DNA from: Macrostomum lignano
Taxonomy: Eukaryota
Assembly (NCBI GenBank): GCA_002269645.1
Contig: NIVC01001834.1
Coordinates: forward strand, 168,432-232,431
Direction of reading: 5' to 3'
Length of the DNA stretch: 64,000 nt
A program made the translations under genes and the position numbers. A model generated the notes under the pieces. The model made no database searches, was not told the origin of the DNA, and worked only from the letters and a program-made list of their open reading frames with translations. Positions 25,201 to 37,257 of the stretch are shown here, piece by piece. The first letter of the stretch is position 1. Each line of letters opens with the position of its first letter.

Positions 25201-28200
25201 GCTGGCCCAGCAACTGGGGATCTGAGAGGCTGACCCAGCAACTGACACTCTGGGAGGCTGGCTCAGCAACTGAGGATCTGGGAGGCTGGCTCAGCAACTG
25301 GGGATCTGGGAGGCTGGCCCAAAAACTGAGGATCTGGGAAGCTGGCCCAGCAACTGAGGATCTGGGAAGCTGGCCCAGCAACTGAGGATCTGGGAGGCTG
25401 GCCCAACAACTGAGGATCTGGGAGGCTGGCCCAGCAACTGAGGATCTGGGAGGCTGGCCCAGCAACTGACACTCTGGGAGGCTGGCCCAGCAACTGAGGA
25501 TCTGGGAGGCTGGCCCAGCAACTGAGGATCTGGGAGGCTGGCCCAGCAACTGAGGGTCCGGGAGGCTGGCCCAGCAACTGACACTCTGGGAGGCTGGCCC
25601 AGCAACTGAGGATCTGGGAGGCTGGCCCAGCAACTGAGGATCTGGGAGGCTGGCCCAGCAACTGAGGATCTGGGAGGCTGGCCCAGCAACTGACACTCTG
25701 GGAGGCTGGCCCAGCAAGTGGGGATTTGGGAGGCTGGCCCAGCAACTGAGGATCTGGGAGGCTGGCCCAACAACTGAGGATCTGGGAGGCTGGCCCAGCA
25801 ACTGAGGATCTGGGAGGCTGGCCCAGCAACTGACACTCTGGGAGGCTGGCCCAGCAACTGAGGATCTGGGAGGCTGGCCCAGCAACTGAGGATCTGGGAG
25901 GCTGGCCCAGCAACTGAGGGTCCGGGAGGCTGGCCCAGCAACTGACACTCTGGGAGGCTGGCCCAGCAACTGACACTCTGGGAGGCTGGCCCAGCAACTG
26001 AGGATCTGGGAGGCTGGCCCAGCAACTGAGGATCTGGGAGGCTGGCCCAGCAACTGAGGATCTGGGAGGCTGGCCCAGCAAGTGGGGATTTGGGAGGCTG
26101 GCCCAGCAACTGAGGATCTGGGAGGCTGGCCCAGCAACTGAGGATCTGGAAGGCTGGCCCAGCAACTGAGGATCTGGGAGGCTGGCCCAGCAACTGAGGA
26201 TCTGGGAGGCTGGCCCAGCAACTGACACTCTGGGAGGCTGGCCCAGCAACTGAGGATCTGGGAGGCTGGCCCAGCAACTGAGGATCTGGGAGGCTGGCCC
26301 AGCAACTGAGGGTCCGGGAGGCTGGCCCAGCAACTGACACTCTGGGAGGCTGGCCCAGCAACTGAGGATCTGGGAGGCTGGCCCAGCAACTGAGGATCTG
26401 GGAGGCTGGCCCAGCAACTGAGGGTCCGGGAGGCTGGCCCAGCAACTGAGAGTATGGAAGGCAGTCCAGACTAAGGTTCACTAGTCCCAGAAATAAACCA
26501 AAAAAGGTTTCCCAAGGTTTTTAGCGGCAGTCCTTCACAGAGTCCAAGCTAAATTAAAGTCGAATTAATGCAAATATAAATTTCACTGACTGACCTCTCA
26601 TGGCGGCATCGGCAGTTTCGTTTAAAATTAATCGCAAGCAATTTCAAGTGTATCAAAATAAGTTAAAATGGTGGCCTTCATCTATTTTAGCCTATTGAGG
26701 CCCTGAATGTAGCAGGCGGTGTTTCAAAAACAGTGTAAAGCAAGCTATGCAGTGTTTTGAAATCTATGCAGATTTTTTATTGTTTTAACTCTAATTAGTT
26801 CCAACTCCAAGATGCAGTTCAGGCGGGTTGTTATACTCGCTGCAAATCACTGTTCTGGTGTAGGCTTCGGCTGAAAGAAAAATGGGTCGAATTAAAAATT
26901 AAGACATTGAAAAAGCGAAATGGAGAAAGAAGAGAGTCGACAGTGAGTAAATTGGGGTTAGGAGAGAAGTTGAAGACAATTAATCTTACATTGGAACGGT
27001 TTTGTAATGAAAAATTAACGTTAAATATATCAAAGAGGTACGAAGTATGGAAAATATTAAGTTAGAGGATTATTAAAAGGTATAGGAAGTTTATGAGAAG
27101 ATAGGAATTAGGTTGGGAAGGAGAGAGAAAGAATGGGAGGGGAGTGAGAATGAGAGATAGGAGTGAGGAGTGAGGGAGAAAAGGGAAGATGAGAAGTCGG
27201 AAGGAGAGATAAGGAATGAGAAGGGGAGATAAGGAGTGAGAAGGGGATATAAGGAGGTAGAAGGGGATATAAGGAGGTAGAAGGGGAGATAAGGAGTGAG
27301 AAGGGGAGATAAGGAGGTAGAAGGGGAGATAAGGAGTGAGAAGGGGAGATAAGGAGTGAGAAGGGGAGATAAGTAGTGAGGAGTTTGAGATAAGGAGTGA
27401 GAAGGGGATATAAGGAGGTAGAAGGGGAGATAAGGAGTGAGAAGGGGAGATAAGGAGGTAGAAGGGGAGATAAGGAGTGAGAAGGGAGATAAGGAGGTAG
27501 AAGGGGAGATAAGGAGTGAGAAGGGGATATAAGGAGGTAGAAGGGGAGATAAGGAGTGAGAAGGGGAGATAAGGAGGTAGAAGGGGAGATAAGGAGTGAG
27601 AAGGGAGATAAGGAGGTAGAAGGGGAGATAAGGAGTGAGAAGGGGATATAAGGAGGTAGAAGGGGAGATAAGGAGGTAGAAGGGGATATAAGGAGGTAGA
27701 AGGGGAGATAAGGAGGTAGAAGGGGAGATAAGGAGTGAGGAGTTTGAGATAAGGAGTGAGAAGGGGATATAAGGAGGTAGAAGGGGAGATAAGGAGTGAG
27801 GAGTTTGAGATAAGGAGTGAGGAGTTTGAGATAAGGAGTGAGGAGCTTGAGATAAGGAGTGAGGAGTTTGGGATAAGGAGTGAGGAGTTTGAGATAAGGA
27901 GTGAGGAGTTTGAGATAAGGAGTGAGAAGGGGATATAAGGAGGTAGAAGGGGAGATAAGGAGGTAGAAGGGGAGATAAGTGTAATGACTCAGACTAGCTA
28001 TTTAGTTTGGCGAGAGAAACGATGCACTTAAATGAGCCGACTGCTCAATTCAATATATTTATAGGCACGAGAGCATTGCGTAATAAGAGTATTGCTACGA
28101 GTTAGTTCATCGACCAAGCCAAGTACATTATTACCGCGCAGAGCGTACACTACAATAAGGAGTGAGGAGTTTGAGATAAGGAGTGAGAAGGGGATATAAG

Positions 28201-31200
28201 GAGGTAGAAGGGGAGATAAGGAGTGAGGAGTTTGAGATAAGGAGTGAGGAGTTTGAGATAAGGAGTGAGGAGTTTGAGATAAGGAGTGAGGAGCTTGAGA
28301 TAAGGAGTGAGGAGTTTGAGATAAGGAGTGAGGAGTTTGAGATAAGGAGTGAGGAGTTTGAGATAAGGAGTGAGAAGGTAAGGTTTGGATTAAATTGTTT
28401 CTTGACAGGGAAAGAAGAGAGTGATCTCTCGATCTACGAGTAGAACGGTGAAAGATGCAGATTGAGTCTCGAAGACCTCAATAGTTCCCAAGACCGCAAA
28501 GCTTGAACCATTGTGTCAGAGTATCTGTCTCAGAAGACCCTAAATTTGATCTCTTTAATACATTTTTCTTCTTAAACCGAGTAGTTTTTTTAATTTTCGA
28601 TGTGGTGGTCGCTTCGAATTTCATACGCACATACAAAATATTTTGGCCTAGATTATGGATGAAAAATCCGACCTGAGACTCTACAATTTTTCTCTGTCTG
28701 CCTCTCTTATAGTAACCTTTACAATCCAACCTTCAACTCTAATTTGCGCCTATCGTTGCAGATTCAGCGCTGTCTGAGGGAGTCACGGGGTTGAGCAATG
28801 CTGCTCAGCTTGCTCATTCTGCCAGTATGGAGGCTTGGCTGTTGGCTGGTGAGCAAACTTTTGTATGTGTGTCTTTGCTCCCACCGTCTGCCCTATGCTT
28901 CTCTCCCTCCCTCTCACCATCTCCCCTCTGCTTCTCTCTCTCCCTCTCACCATCTCCCCTCTGCTTCTCTCTCTCCCTCTCACCATCTGCCCTCTGCTTC
29001 TCTCCCTCCCTCTCACCATCTGCCCTCTGCTTCTCTCCCTCCCTCTCACCATCTGCCCTCTGCTTCTCTCCCTCCCTCTCACCGTCTCCCCTCTGCTTCT
29101 CTCCTTCCCTCTCACCATCTGCCCTCTGCTTCTCTCCCTCCCTCCCACCGTCTGCTCTCTGCTTCTCTCTCTCCCTCTCACCATCTCCCCTCTGCTTCTC
29201 TCTCTCCCTCTCACCGTCTGCCCTCTGCTTCTCTCTCTCCCTCTCACCATCTGCCCTCTGCTTCTCTCCCTCCCTCTCACCGTCTGCTTTCTGCTTCTCT
29301 CCCTCCCTCTCACCGTCTGCCCTCTGCTTCTCTCGTCCCCTTTTTGCATCTTCTTCTCTCCCTTCTGCCATATCATTACCCTCTTCTCTCCTCTTCTCTC
29401 CTCTTCTATCCCCTCCTCTCCCCTCCTCTCCCCTCCCTCTCCCACCACAGTGCACAAGCATACTCCAATGTTCTTTATTCACTGATACTCGTATAACGCT
29501 CAATGAATCTTGTTAGCCTGCTTCGTAATATCTATAATTTTTTGCCGGCTTCTTTAAAGAAAAAACCTGCATTACGTAATACCGCATAGTCTCGCATGTT
29601 TTCTTAGAAAAGAAAACATCGCCCTGAGCCAACATTTGCGTTGCCATAAGCCGCCTTGTAGAGAAAGAAAGTTGTGGATGGCTTTACTAGAGACAGACTC
29701 AGCGCTTCACCTTTGTAGCTCCTGAGGATATTATTTTGAAACATGCTTTTCGAAAAGTTTTGTTATATAAAATCGAGTCGAGAGCCCGACAGCTTTGACC
29801 CGACCCACGCTGACCTCAGTTAAAACCCTTGGGGTCAATGCAATCATACATACACTATAGCGCATTTGAGTCCGAGCACCTTGTCTAAGTTTCTTCTACT
29901 CAAAGCCGCGGGTGGCCCATTTTTTACCTGTATTAGGTTACGTAATTGGTCTATTATTTAATTTATTCCGCTTGCTCAACTCGCGCCTGCTCACTGTATG
30001 GTTGGGGCCATTTTATTTAGCCTTTTTTCAGAACAGATTTTTCATCTTGGTGCACACTAGCTAATTAATGAGTTACTTGCAATAGTGTATATAGTTTATC
30101 TTGTAATTCTTTTATTTCAGTGCCAACAACTACTTCTTTGATTGTTCTGCTCCTAGTAGGCGTTGGCTGTTTCTTGCTGTTGCGCTGGAGATACAATAAA
30201 CGAGACAGGTTTGTTTAACTGCTTGCGCATGTAAACTGGAAGTCTAGTCTCAGGGAAAAATGAAAGAGGAGTGACAGTCTAGAGCAGGAGTGACAGTCTT
30301 AGGGAGGAGTGACAGTTTGTGGCAGGAGTGACAGTCTAGGGGAGGAGTGACATTCTAGAGTAGGAGTGACAGTCTTAAAGAGAATGGACAGTCTAGGGAA
30401 AGAGTGACAGTTTAAGGCGGGAGTGACAGTCTAGACCAGGAATGAAAGCCTTAGTCTAGGGAAGTGAGGGAGTGACAGGGAGTGACAGTCTAGGGAAGGA
30501 GTGACAGTCTAGGTAAAGAGTGACAGTCTAGTTGAAGAGCGACAGTCTAGCTGAATAGTGACAGTCTAGGTGAAGAGTGACAGTCTAGGTGAAGAGTGAC
30601 AGTCTATGTGAAGAGTGACAGTCTAGATGAAGAGCGACAGTCCAGGTGAAGAGTGACAGTCTAGGTGAAGAGTGACAGTCTAGGTGAAGAGTGACAGTCT
30701 AGGTGAAGAGTGACAGTCTAGGTGAAGAGTGACAGTCTAGGTAAAGAGTGACAGTCTAGATGAAAAGCGACAGTCTAGGTGAAGAGTGGCAGTCTAGACC
30801 AGTAGTGACAGTCTGACTATGGACTCGTGTTATCCCTATTGCTCTTTCACCCTCCCTCCCGGCAGGAAGCTTCACAGGCGGTCGCTGGTGATGGAGGCCC
30901 TGGTGCACGAGCAGCGCTGGCAACTGCAGAGACTCCGCTGCTCCCTGACTCTTCCCCCGACTCCCCAGCCTCAGAGCTGTCTGCTATTCTCGCCGAGCTC
31001 CGCGACCAATCAATCGTCTAGTCTGGAGACCTATCTACAGCCGTCGTGTATCGACGGCGCGTCTCAAGTCGGCGGCGCCACCAGCGGCGCCAACGGCGGC
31101 GCCAGCAGCAGCGGTGTGGGATCCTACTATTTCACAATGAGCGGCGCTCCAATCTATGAGAGCCTAGTTGATTTGACTACGATTGATAATGAGGATTTTC

Positions 31201-31217
31201 AAGCAAGTAAAGAATGA
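22281..31217 (+). CDS. Orphan single-pass membrane protein, 5'-partial; exons 22281-22697, 23623-23994, 24731-25024, 28762-28848, 30121-30208, 30866-31217, ~535 aa
   Basis: Every junction is GT-AG and phase-consistent (1, 1, 1, 1, 2). Spliced hydrophobic segment AWLLAGVPTTTSLIVLLLVGVGCFLLL is followed by the basic stop-transfer RWRYNKRDRRK. The ectodomain is Cys-containing with N-glycosylation sequons. No family recognised and the start codon was not found. Confidence 0.7.
22795..23530. repeat. Degenerate ~22-bp ATCCC-rich minisatellite (AGAGATCCCACCCAAATGATCCCACA)
   Basis: Tandem imperfect copies filling intron 22698-23622. Confidence 0.9.
24008..24685. repeat. 21-bp minisatellite (GAGGGGATCTGAATAGAAAAG)
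   Basis: About 32 copies filling intron 23995-24730. Confidence 0.96.
25078..26450. repeat. 28-bp minisatellite (CTGGGAGGCTGGCCCAGCAACTGAGGAT)
   Basis: About 49 copies with recurring variants GACACT, GGGTCCG and GTGGGGATTT. Confidence 0.97.
27205..28378. repeat. 20-bp purine-rich minisatellite (GATAAGGAGTGAGAAGGGGA / GATAAGGAGTGAGGAGTTTGA), interrupted by an insertion
   Basis: Tandem copies on both sides of 27980-28154. Confidence 0.95.
27980..28154. mobile_element. Solo-LTR-like insertion, 175 bp, with 5-bp target-site duplication ATAAG
   Basis: Termini TGTAATG...CACTACA (TG..CA, 6/7 inverted match). ATAAG flanks both sides (27975-27979 and 28155-28159). Internal TATA-like TATATTTATA. Confidence 0.8.
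28885..29330. repeat. 33-bp pyrimidine-rich minisatellite (CTCTCCCTCCCTCTCACCATCTGCCCTCTGCTT)
   Basis: About 13 copies in intron 28849-30120. Confidence 0.95.
30265..30815. repeat. 19-bp minisatellite (GAGTGACAGTCTAGGTGAA)
   Basis: Diverged on the left and homogeneous on the right; fills intron 30209-30865. Confidence 0.93.
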
Positions 31218-31404
31218 TTATATTGACCAGTTCTGATTTGCAGCTTAATGTTTCTGCTCAATAATGGTGCTTATGATGAATTTGGCTATTTAGACTACTG
31301 TTAGTACTATTTACAGTATATTGTGAACAATCTAATGCATTCCTATTCTTATAGCTTGTTTGTTGCTCGTAAGCCTAAAAATGCAATCTATTGCAAACTG
31401 ATTC

Positions 31405-31720
31405 AAACCCTGACACCCGATTTAGGACCCTGACACCCGATTCAAGACCTTGACACCCGATTTAAAACCTTGACACCCGATTAAAATCCTGACACCCGAT
31501 TTAAGGCCATGACATCCCAATTAAGACCCTGACACCCGATTTAAGACCCTGAAACCTATTCAAGACCCTGACACCCGATTTAAGACCCTGACACCCCAAT
31601 TAAGGCCCTAACACCCGGTTTAAGACCCTGACACCCGATTTCAAATCCTGACACCCGATTTAAGACCCTGACACCCGATTTAAGACCTTGACACCCGATT
31701 TAAGACCCTGACAACCTGAT
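31405..31720. repeat. 20-bp minisatellite (GACCCTGACACCCGATTTAA)
   Basis: About 15 copies starting ~190 bp after the membrane-protein stop codon. Confidence 0.93.
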
Positions 31721-32654
31721 TTCTTATTCATTTAAATCAAGAAGCTGTTAAATAGCATCAAGTTTTCAGTGTTTGCGCCAATTAACCCTGCCTTAAAAGT
31801 GCCTAACATACCCGTTTGTTGAACTTTTCTTACAAATCTCTATCACACTACTGCTATTCCCAATTAGAGCAGTAGTGCAATTTGCTTGTCGCACTAAAAA
31901 TACTCGAAGTTGTTGTAAATAAAATTTTAAGAGTCAATTTTTGATGCACCCAGTCCGCAACGTTAACTCAACACAGAGTTTCAGCTTTAGCAAGAATCCC
32001 TTTCTCTCCCGAAATGAGTGGGCGAACCCAGTTTTAATTGTCAGGTTTCGCAGAAAAAAAATCTCCTCACTAATTTGGCAAATCTGCGCCGTTAAAACAG
32101 GGCAACAGAATTTTTTAGCTACAAATTTGACGCAGCTTTTAGTTAATTATGCCAACTATTTAGAAGATTTGCCGCCGCCTTCAAACTTGCTGTCTCTTTA
32201 GCTCTACTGCCATAAGCGAAAACGAATTGCATCGGTAATTGCGAAGTTTTAATTGATCGCAGCTTCTGAATTGCAGACAAAAGAGACTTTTGCCAGCCTT
32301 TCAGCGGCTGCTTGGCGTCAGCTGAAGACTCTGTGCGGGGGCAGAAATTTGAATTCTCTCTTTTTTTCTGATCTAACTTTTTCTGCCAGCGCTTTAACAA
32401 AAACTCTAATAATGCGCCATTTGTTTGTTAAGAAAAAATGCAGTCCAGGGTGAAATTTTTAGCGCCTGATTGGGGATTCAAATTTGCAACAAAGTGCTTG
32501 TGCAAATAGATGGCTGAATAGATGCTAGTCAAATTCGTTATCATGGACTTCTGAATGGATTCTGGACTGGCGTTCTGGAAGACTCGTGGAATACAAGAGC
32601 ATTTCTCTGATTTTCGCTGACATGAAAGTGATTAAAGTTAAGCTTAAGTCCTAA

Positions 32655-32960
32655 GCTAAGCTCTAAGCTAAGCGCCATGCACCCAAGAGCTAAGCGCCAT
32701 GCACCCAAGAGCTAAGCGCCATGCACCCAAGAGCTAAGCGCCATGCACCCAAGAGCTAAGCGTCATGCACCCAAGAGCTAAGCGCCACTCAGAGCTAAGC
32801 GCCATTAAAGCTAAGCGCCATTAAAGCTAAGCGCCATTAAAGCTAAGCGCCACTCAGAGCTAAGCGCTACTCAGAGCTAAGCGCCATTAAAGCTAAGCAT
32901 CACTCCGAGCTAAGCGTCACTCCGAGCTAAGCGCCACTCAGAGCTAAGCGCCATGCACCA
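32655..32960. repeat. 18-22-bp minisatellite (GCTAAGCGCCATGCACCCAAGA and shorter variants)
   Basis: Tandem copies read directly. Confidence 0.92.
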
Positions 32961-33899
32961 AGCGCCGCCCAATCGATCTAAAGTCAGCTGCCTCTGTAAC
33001 GCCTCATTATCGTAATCGTGGCACTTCGAGTCCAAACGTAAAAATTTATAGCAATTTTCAGTCCAATTGTCACCAGCAGCAGTCCTTGGCCAGAGTCCAT
33101 AGCAAGCCAAGCCCCAGACCATTAAAACACTGCAGGCTAAAATTTCGATTGGCAGTAAAAAATGAGTTCGCCCGCTGAAGAAAATTCTTTTGTTGCAGAA
33201 GAGAATGGCACGGATTCCAAAAGTCGCTGAAAACCGGCCCCCTTAAGAGGCAACTCTTTTTGCAAATCAATGTCTACAATGTGCCAAAAACTGGCAATAT
33301 AAAGGGGCTGCACAACTGCTTTCGCTGAAATGCTGATTAAGCGTCTATAAAATGCATTTGCTTGGCTAAAAACTAAAAGACTCATAGGACTCAATTGACA
33401 ATATTAAGTGGACAAAGGGTGGGGTAGAGAATGCCAATGAGAGAGAGAGAGTGAGTGAAAATGAGTTTGCTAGCTAATGGGGGAGAGTTGAAAAACGTTT
33501 CAATAGCCTCTCATCTGTCTATTTGGCAGTTCCACCCCCGCGGGTTCCCAGAAATGCCACCATTGTCTGTCAGCTTTTTATCGCGATGCTGGGAGACAAA
33601 GAAGTTAAATATTTCTTCAGAACTGCAGCCTGCTGCATTGGCCCACAGAAGGGATATCATCTTCTGCTAACTTTCTTCTAGAAGAGCAGAAACAATGCTG
33701 TAGGGGCCTCATAGACTGTATTTCCTATTCTAAGTCAAGTGCCTGTATTCGGGACTCAGCTTAATGCTTGGGTGCTTGAGAATTTTTTGACTACATGTAG
33801 CTTGTCAAATAAGGCTGCTGTGATTGACACAATAATATCTCAGAACTCTTTACTTGGCTAGACAATTAAGGCCCAAGTCTTCGGGTGCCTTGATCCACC

Positions 33900-34615
33900 A
33901 ATCCCAGATCCCACGGTTCTCTAGTATGAAATTTTACGATCCACTAATCCCAGATTCAAATATTCGCTGATCTCAGATCCCATCCTCAAATTTCAGATAT
34001 CAAATTCCAGATCTCAAATCCCAGATCTCAAATCCCAGATCTCAAATCCCAGATTTCAAATCCCAGATCTCAAATCCCAAATCTCAAATCCCAGATCTCA
34101 AATCCCAGATCTCAAATCCCAGATTTCAAATCCCAGATATCAAATCTCAGATCTCAAATCTCAGATCTCAAATCCCAGATCTTAAATCCCAGATCTCAAA
34201 TCCCAGATCTTAAATCCCAGATCTCAAATCTCAGATCTCAAATCCCAGATCTCAAATCTCAGATCTCAAATCCCAGATCTCAAATCCCAGATCTAAAATC
34301 CCAGATCTCAATCCCAGATCTCAAATCCCAGATCTCAAATCCCAGATCTCAAATCCCAGATCTAAAATCCCAGATTTCAAATCCCAGATCTCAAATCCCA
34401 GATCTCAAATCCCAGATTTCAAATCCCAGATCTCAAATCCCAGATCTCAAATCCCAGATCTCAAATCCCAGATCTCAAATCCCAGATCTCAAATCCCAGA
34501 TCTCAAATCCCAGATCTAAAATCCCAGATCTCAAATCCCAGATCTCAAATCCCAGATCTCAAGTACCAGATCTCAAATCCTAGATTTCAAGTTCCATATC
34601 CCAGATCTGAATCCC
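33900..34615. repeat. 14-bp minisatellite (AAATCCCAGATCTC)
   Basis: About 42 homogeneous copies from ~34010, with a degenerate lead-in. Confidence 0.95.
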
Positions 34616-35754
34616 GGATCCCGCAATCCCAAATCAATAGTTGGCAGTTGCGCTGCAGCGCCAGAAGAAGTCCAGCAGCAGCAGCAGATTTCTTCTTCAC
34701 ACCCAAACGCGATGGCTTCCCCAGTTTTTTCCATCGCAGCGGGTCCGTCTGCTTGAAGCTTTTTTGCAAACTCTGCAGCCCCTGCAGGACTGACAGAGTG
34801 AAAGGCAGATTCAAGCGCTGGATTCTCCGCTTTCGCTTCCTTGTTTTTCCATTCAGGAAAAATAGTGGGGAGGAGGGGACGCGGAAGAAGGATGAAGTTG
34901 TGAAACTGCAGGCTCCCCCCCAGACAGACTGGCGCCAGAGCTCTAAACACACACACACACACACAGTCTGGCCCTGCCCCCCCCCAGCATCCCCTCTCCG
35001 TCATCATCATTTCTCTCTCTCCTTCATCAACAACGTGCCATGCCAGACTGGGACACAGCTTCACGGGGGAGCTGGCGAGTTAGGGAAGGAGGGGGGCGCG
35101 CGTGTTGCAAACGAAGTGGCCATTTTTAACGCATTACTACGAGCCAGCTTCACTCTTACACCTATTTTTTCTGCCCCACTCACTGTTGTGGCCCGCTCTA
35201 ATTGACACACGGGGAGGGGGGCTATAGGGCATCATCACAGTTTTTGCGAAGCGTTAAACATTAATGTTTGATAGGTGGCGGCCGGCCTGCATTCTGCAGT
35301 CGCTCATCAGAGACCCCCCCCCTGCCAAGTTTTGTCCGCTCCTTCAAATGGCCAGGCAAGGCACAAAGAAGGCAGCAAAGACGCACACAAAAAGTTGTCC
35401 CAGCATCAACACAGCTAGGATTTGCTTGGAGAGGAGCCTACCGTGGAATCGTCATTTTTCCTGTCATCAAGGCCTAAACATTAAAATACTGCGCAGAGGT
35501 GTCAAACTCCGACATCATCGTGTGTGGTCTACCGGCCACCCCTCCCACCAGCTCCAGATGTGTACAGCATTAAGACGCCCACTGTGTGACATCTTTGAGT
35601 GGACAAGAAATTTTTGAGTTTGGCCTGTCCGAATGCCAACTGACTGGATGGGATAATTGTCCCACACGCGCTGTGAATGCGTAATCGAGAGGGGGGAAGC
35701 GGGAGAGGCATTGCGGATGAAGATTATATGGAGTTTGGATCTTGGATCTCGGTT

Positions 35755-35997
35755 CTCTAATCCCAGATCCCACTGCTCTCTAATTCCAGGATCGCACTGT
35801 TCTCTAATCCCAGATCCCACTGTTCTCTAATCCCAGATCCCACGGTTCTATAATCCCACATCCCATGGTTCTATAATCTCAGGATCCCACTGTTCTCTAA
35901 TCCCAGATCCCACTCTTCTCTAATCCCAGGATCCCACTGTTCTCTAATCCTAGATCCCACTCTTCTCTAATCCCAGGATCCCACTGTTCTCTAATCC
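35755..35997. repeat. 23/24-bp minisatellite (CTCTAATCCCAGATCCCACTGTT)
   Basis: About 10 copies. Confidence 0.92.
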
Positions 35998-36029
35998 TAT
36001 ATATTGTCATTGGGAATCAGGTCTGTAGA

Positions 36030-36240
36030 ATATGGGATTTGGGATTGTAGGGTTTGGGATTGTGGGATTTGGGATTTTGGGGATTTGGGATTTTGGGCAT
36101 TTGGGATTTTGGGCATTTGGGATTTTGGGGATTTGAGATTTTGGGGATTTGGGATTTTGGGCATTTGGGATTTTGGTGATTTGAGATTTTGGGGATTTGG
36201 GATTTTGGGGATTTGGGACTGTGTGATTTGGGACTGTAGT
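36030..36240. repeat. G/T-rich short repeat (GGGATTTTGG)
   Basis: Tandem imperfect 8-9-mers. Confidence 0.88.
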
Positions 36241-37257
36241 TTTTGGATGCTGAAGAACATGTGGAATCATGTGATCTTGAATCTGGGTGGGATCTGATAT
36301 CTCGTAGAATCTTTTAACCTGTGACAATTTATGCTAAAAAGGTATACAATCTAGAAGTATGAAGGAGGCGCAGCATCTCATGAATTTTTGTCAAGTCAGT
36401 TCTGTCTTACCAAATCAAGATGACTGCAAAAGACCTTGGATACAGCGCTGTCCTTAATGGTGTGTAAGGTGTCCAATATCCAGGTATGAGTCACCTATCT
36501 TGCTCTTATCCTGTTTTTACGCCTGTCAACTCAACATTGTTTAGTCAACAATGAAGCTGATAATAATATTCATATTCACGTCAAATCAATTTGCTTTGAG
36601 CAATTTCAACAAACAAATAGACTGGTTTGGCGATACTATCCATAACTAAAGTGATTAAAGAGATTTAAAGACCGCATAAAGGACTGAATTCTTCAAGCAA
36701 GGGGCACATCCCAATGCTGTGTCACCATTGCGCAAAACTTCTAATAACAAGCACAGCCGGACCGACAAAGACCCTCTTCTAATATTACCCTGACTAGTTT
36801 CAAACTATAATAAAGACCCTTGAAAGCTCCACTCGTGTAAGGCTTTGTGCAAACAATGTCCTGTGTCGGTGTTTTTGAAACATCTTTTTCACACTTTGTG
36901 TTTTAGTGCGTTGCAAGCTGACTGTTTGTGTAAATAATATCGCCCTTCAATCCTGGGTTTCCTATATCATATTCATCCCAGTTATAATATAGATAAAGTG
37001 TTGAAACTGCACATAACAGTAATTCATTTATCATTGTAGGAAATCACAGTTAGCACATTGTTAGCCTATAGGTGCATGGGGTCGCATAACTTGGCAGTTC
37101 TTGTCTATATAGTTGTATTTTTTCCGTTTTATTTTAATTAAACATTTGTACGTGGCGTATGCGTGCGTGTTTAACATTTTATTTAACTTTTTTATGGTAT
37201 TTTAAACACCGTGACATTACCTTGGAATTGCTAGTGAGTGATTTATGTGAATAATGT

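Noticed and set aside
26799-26863. Possible alternative terminal exon (VPTPRCSSGGLLYSLQITVLV*) giving a truncated or GPI-type isoform
   Set aside because: Phase-compatible, but too short to distinguish from chance.
23996-29516. Repetitive ORFs over the 21-, 28- and 33-bp arrays (up to 438 aa)
   Set aside because: Several frames on both strands are open because of the repeat units, and they lie in introns of the membrane-protein gene.
32910-36327. Short ORFs at 32910-33270, 34573-35205 and 35264-36327
   Set aside because: No recognisable motifs, no consistent splice-phase chain, and several run into satellites.
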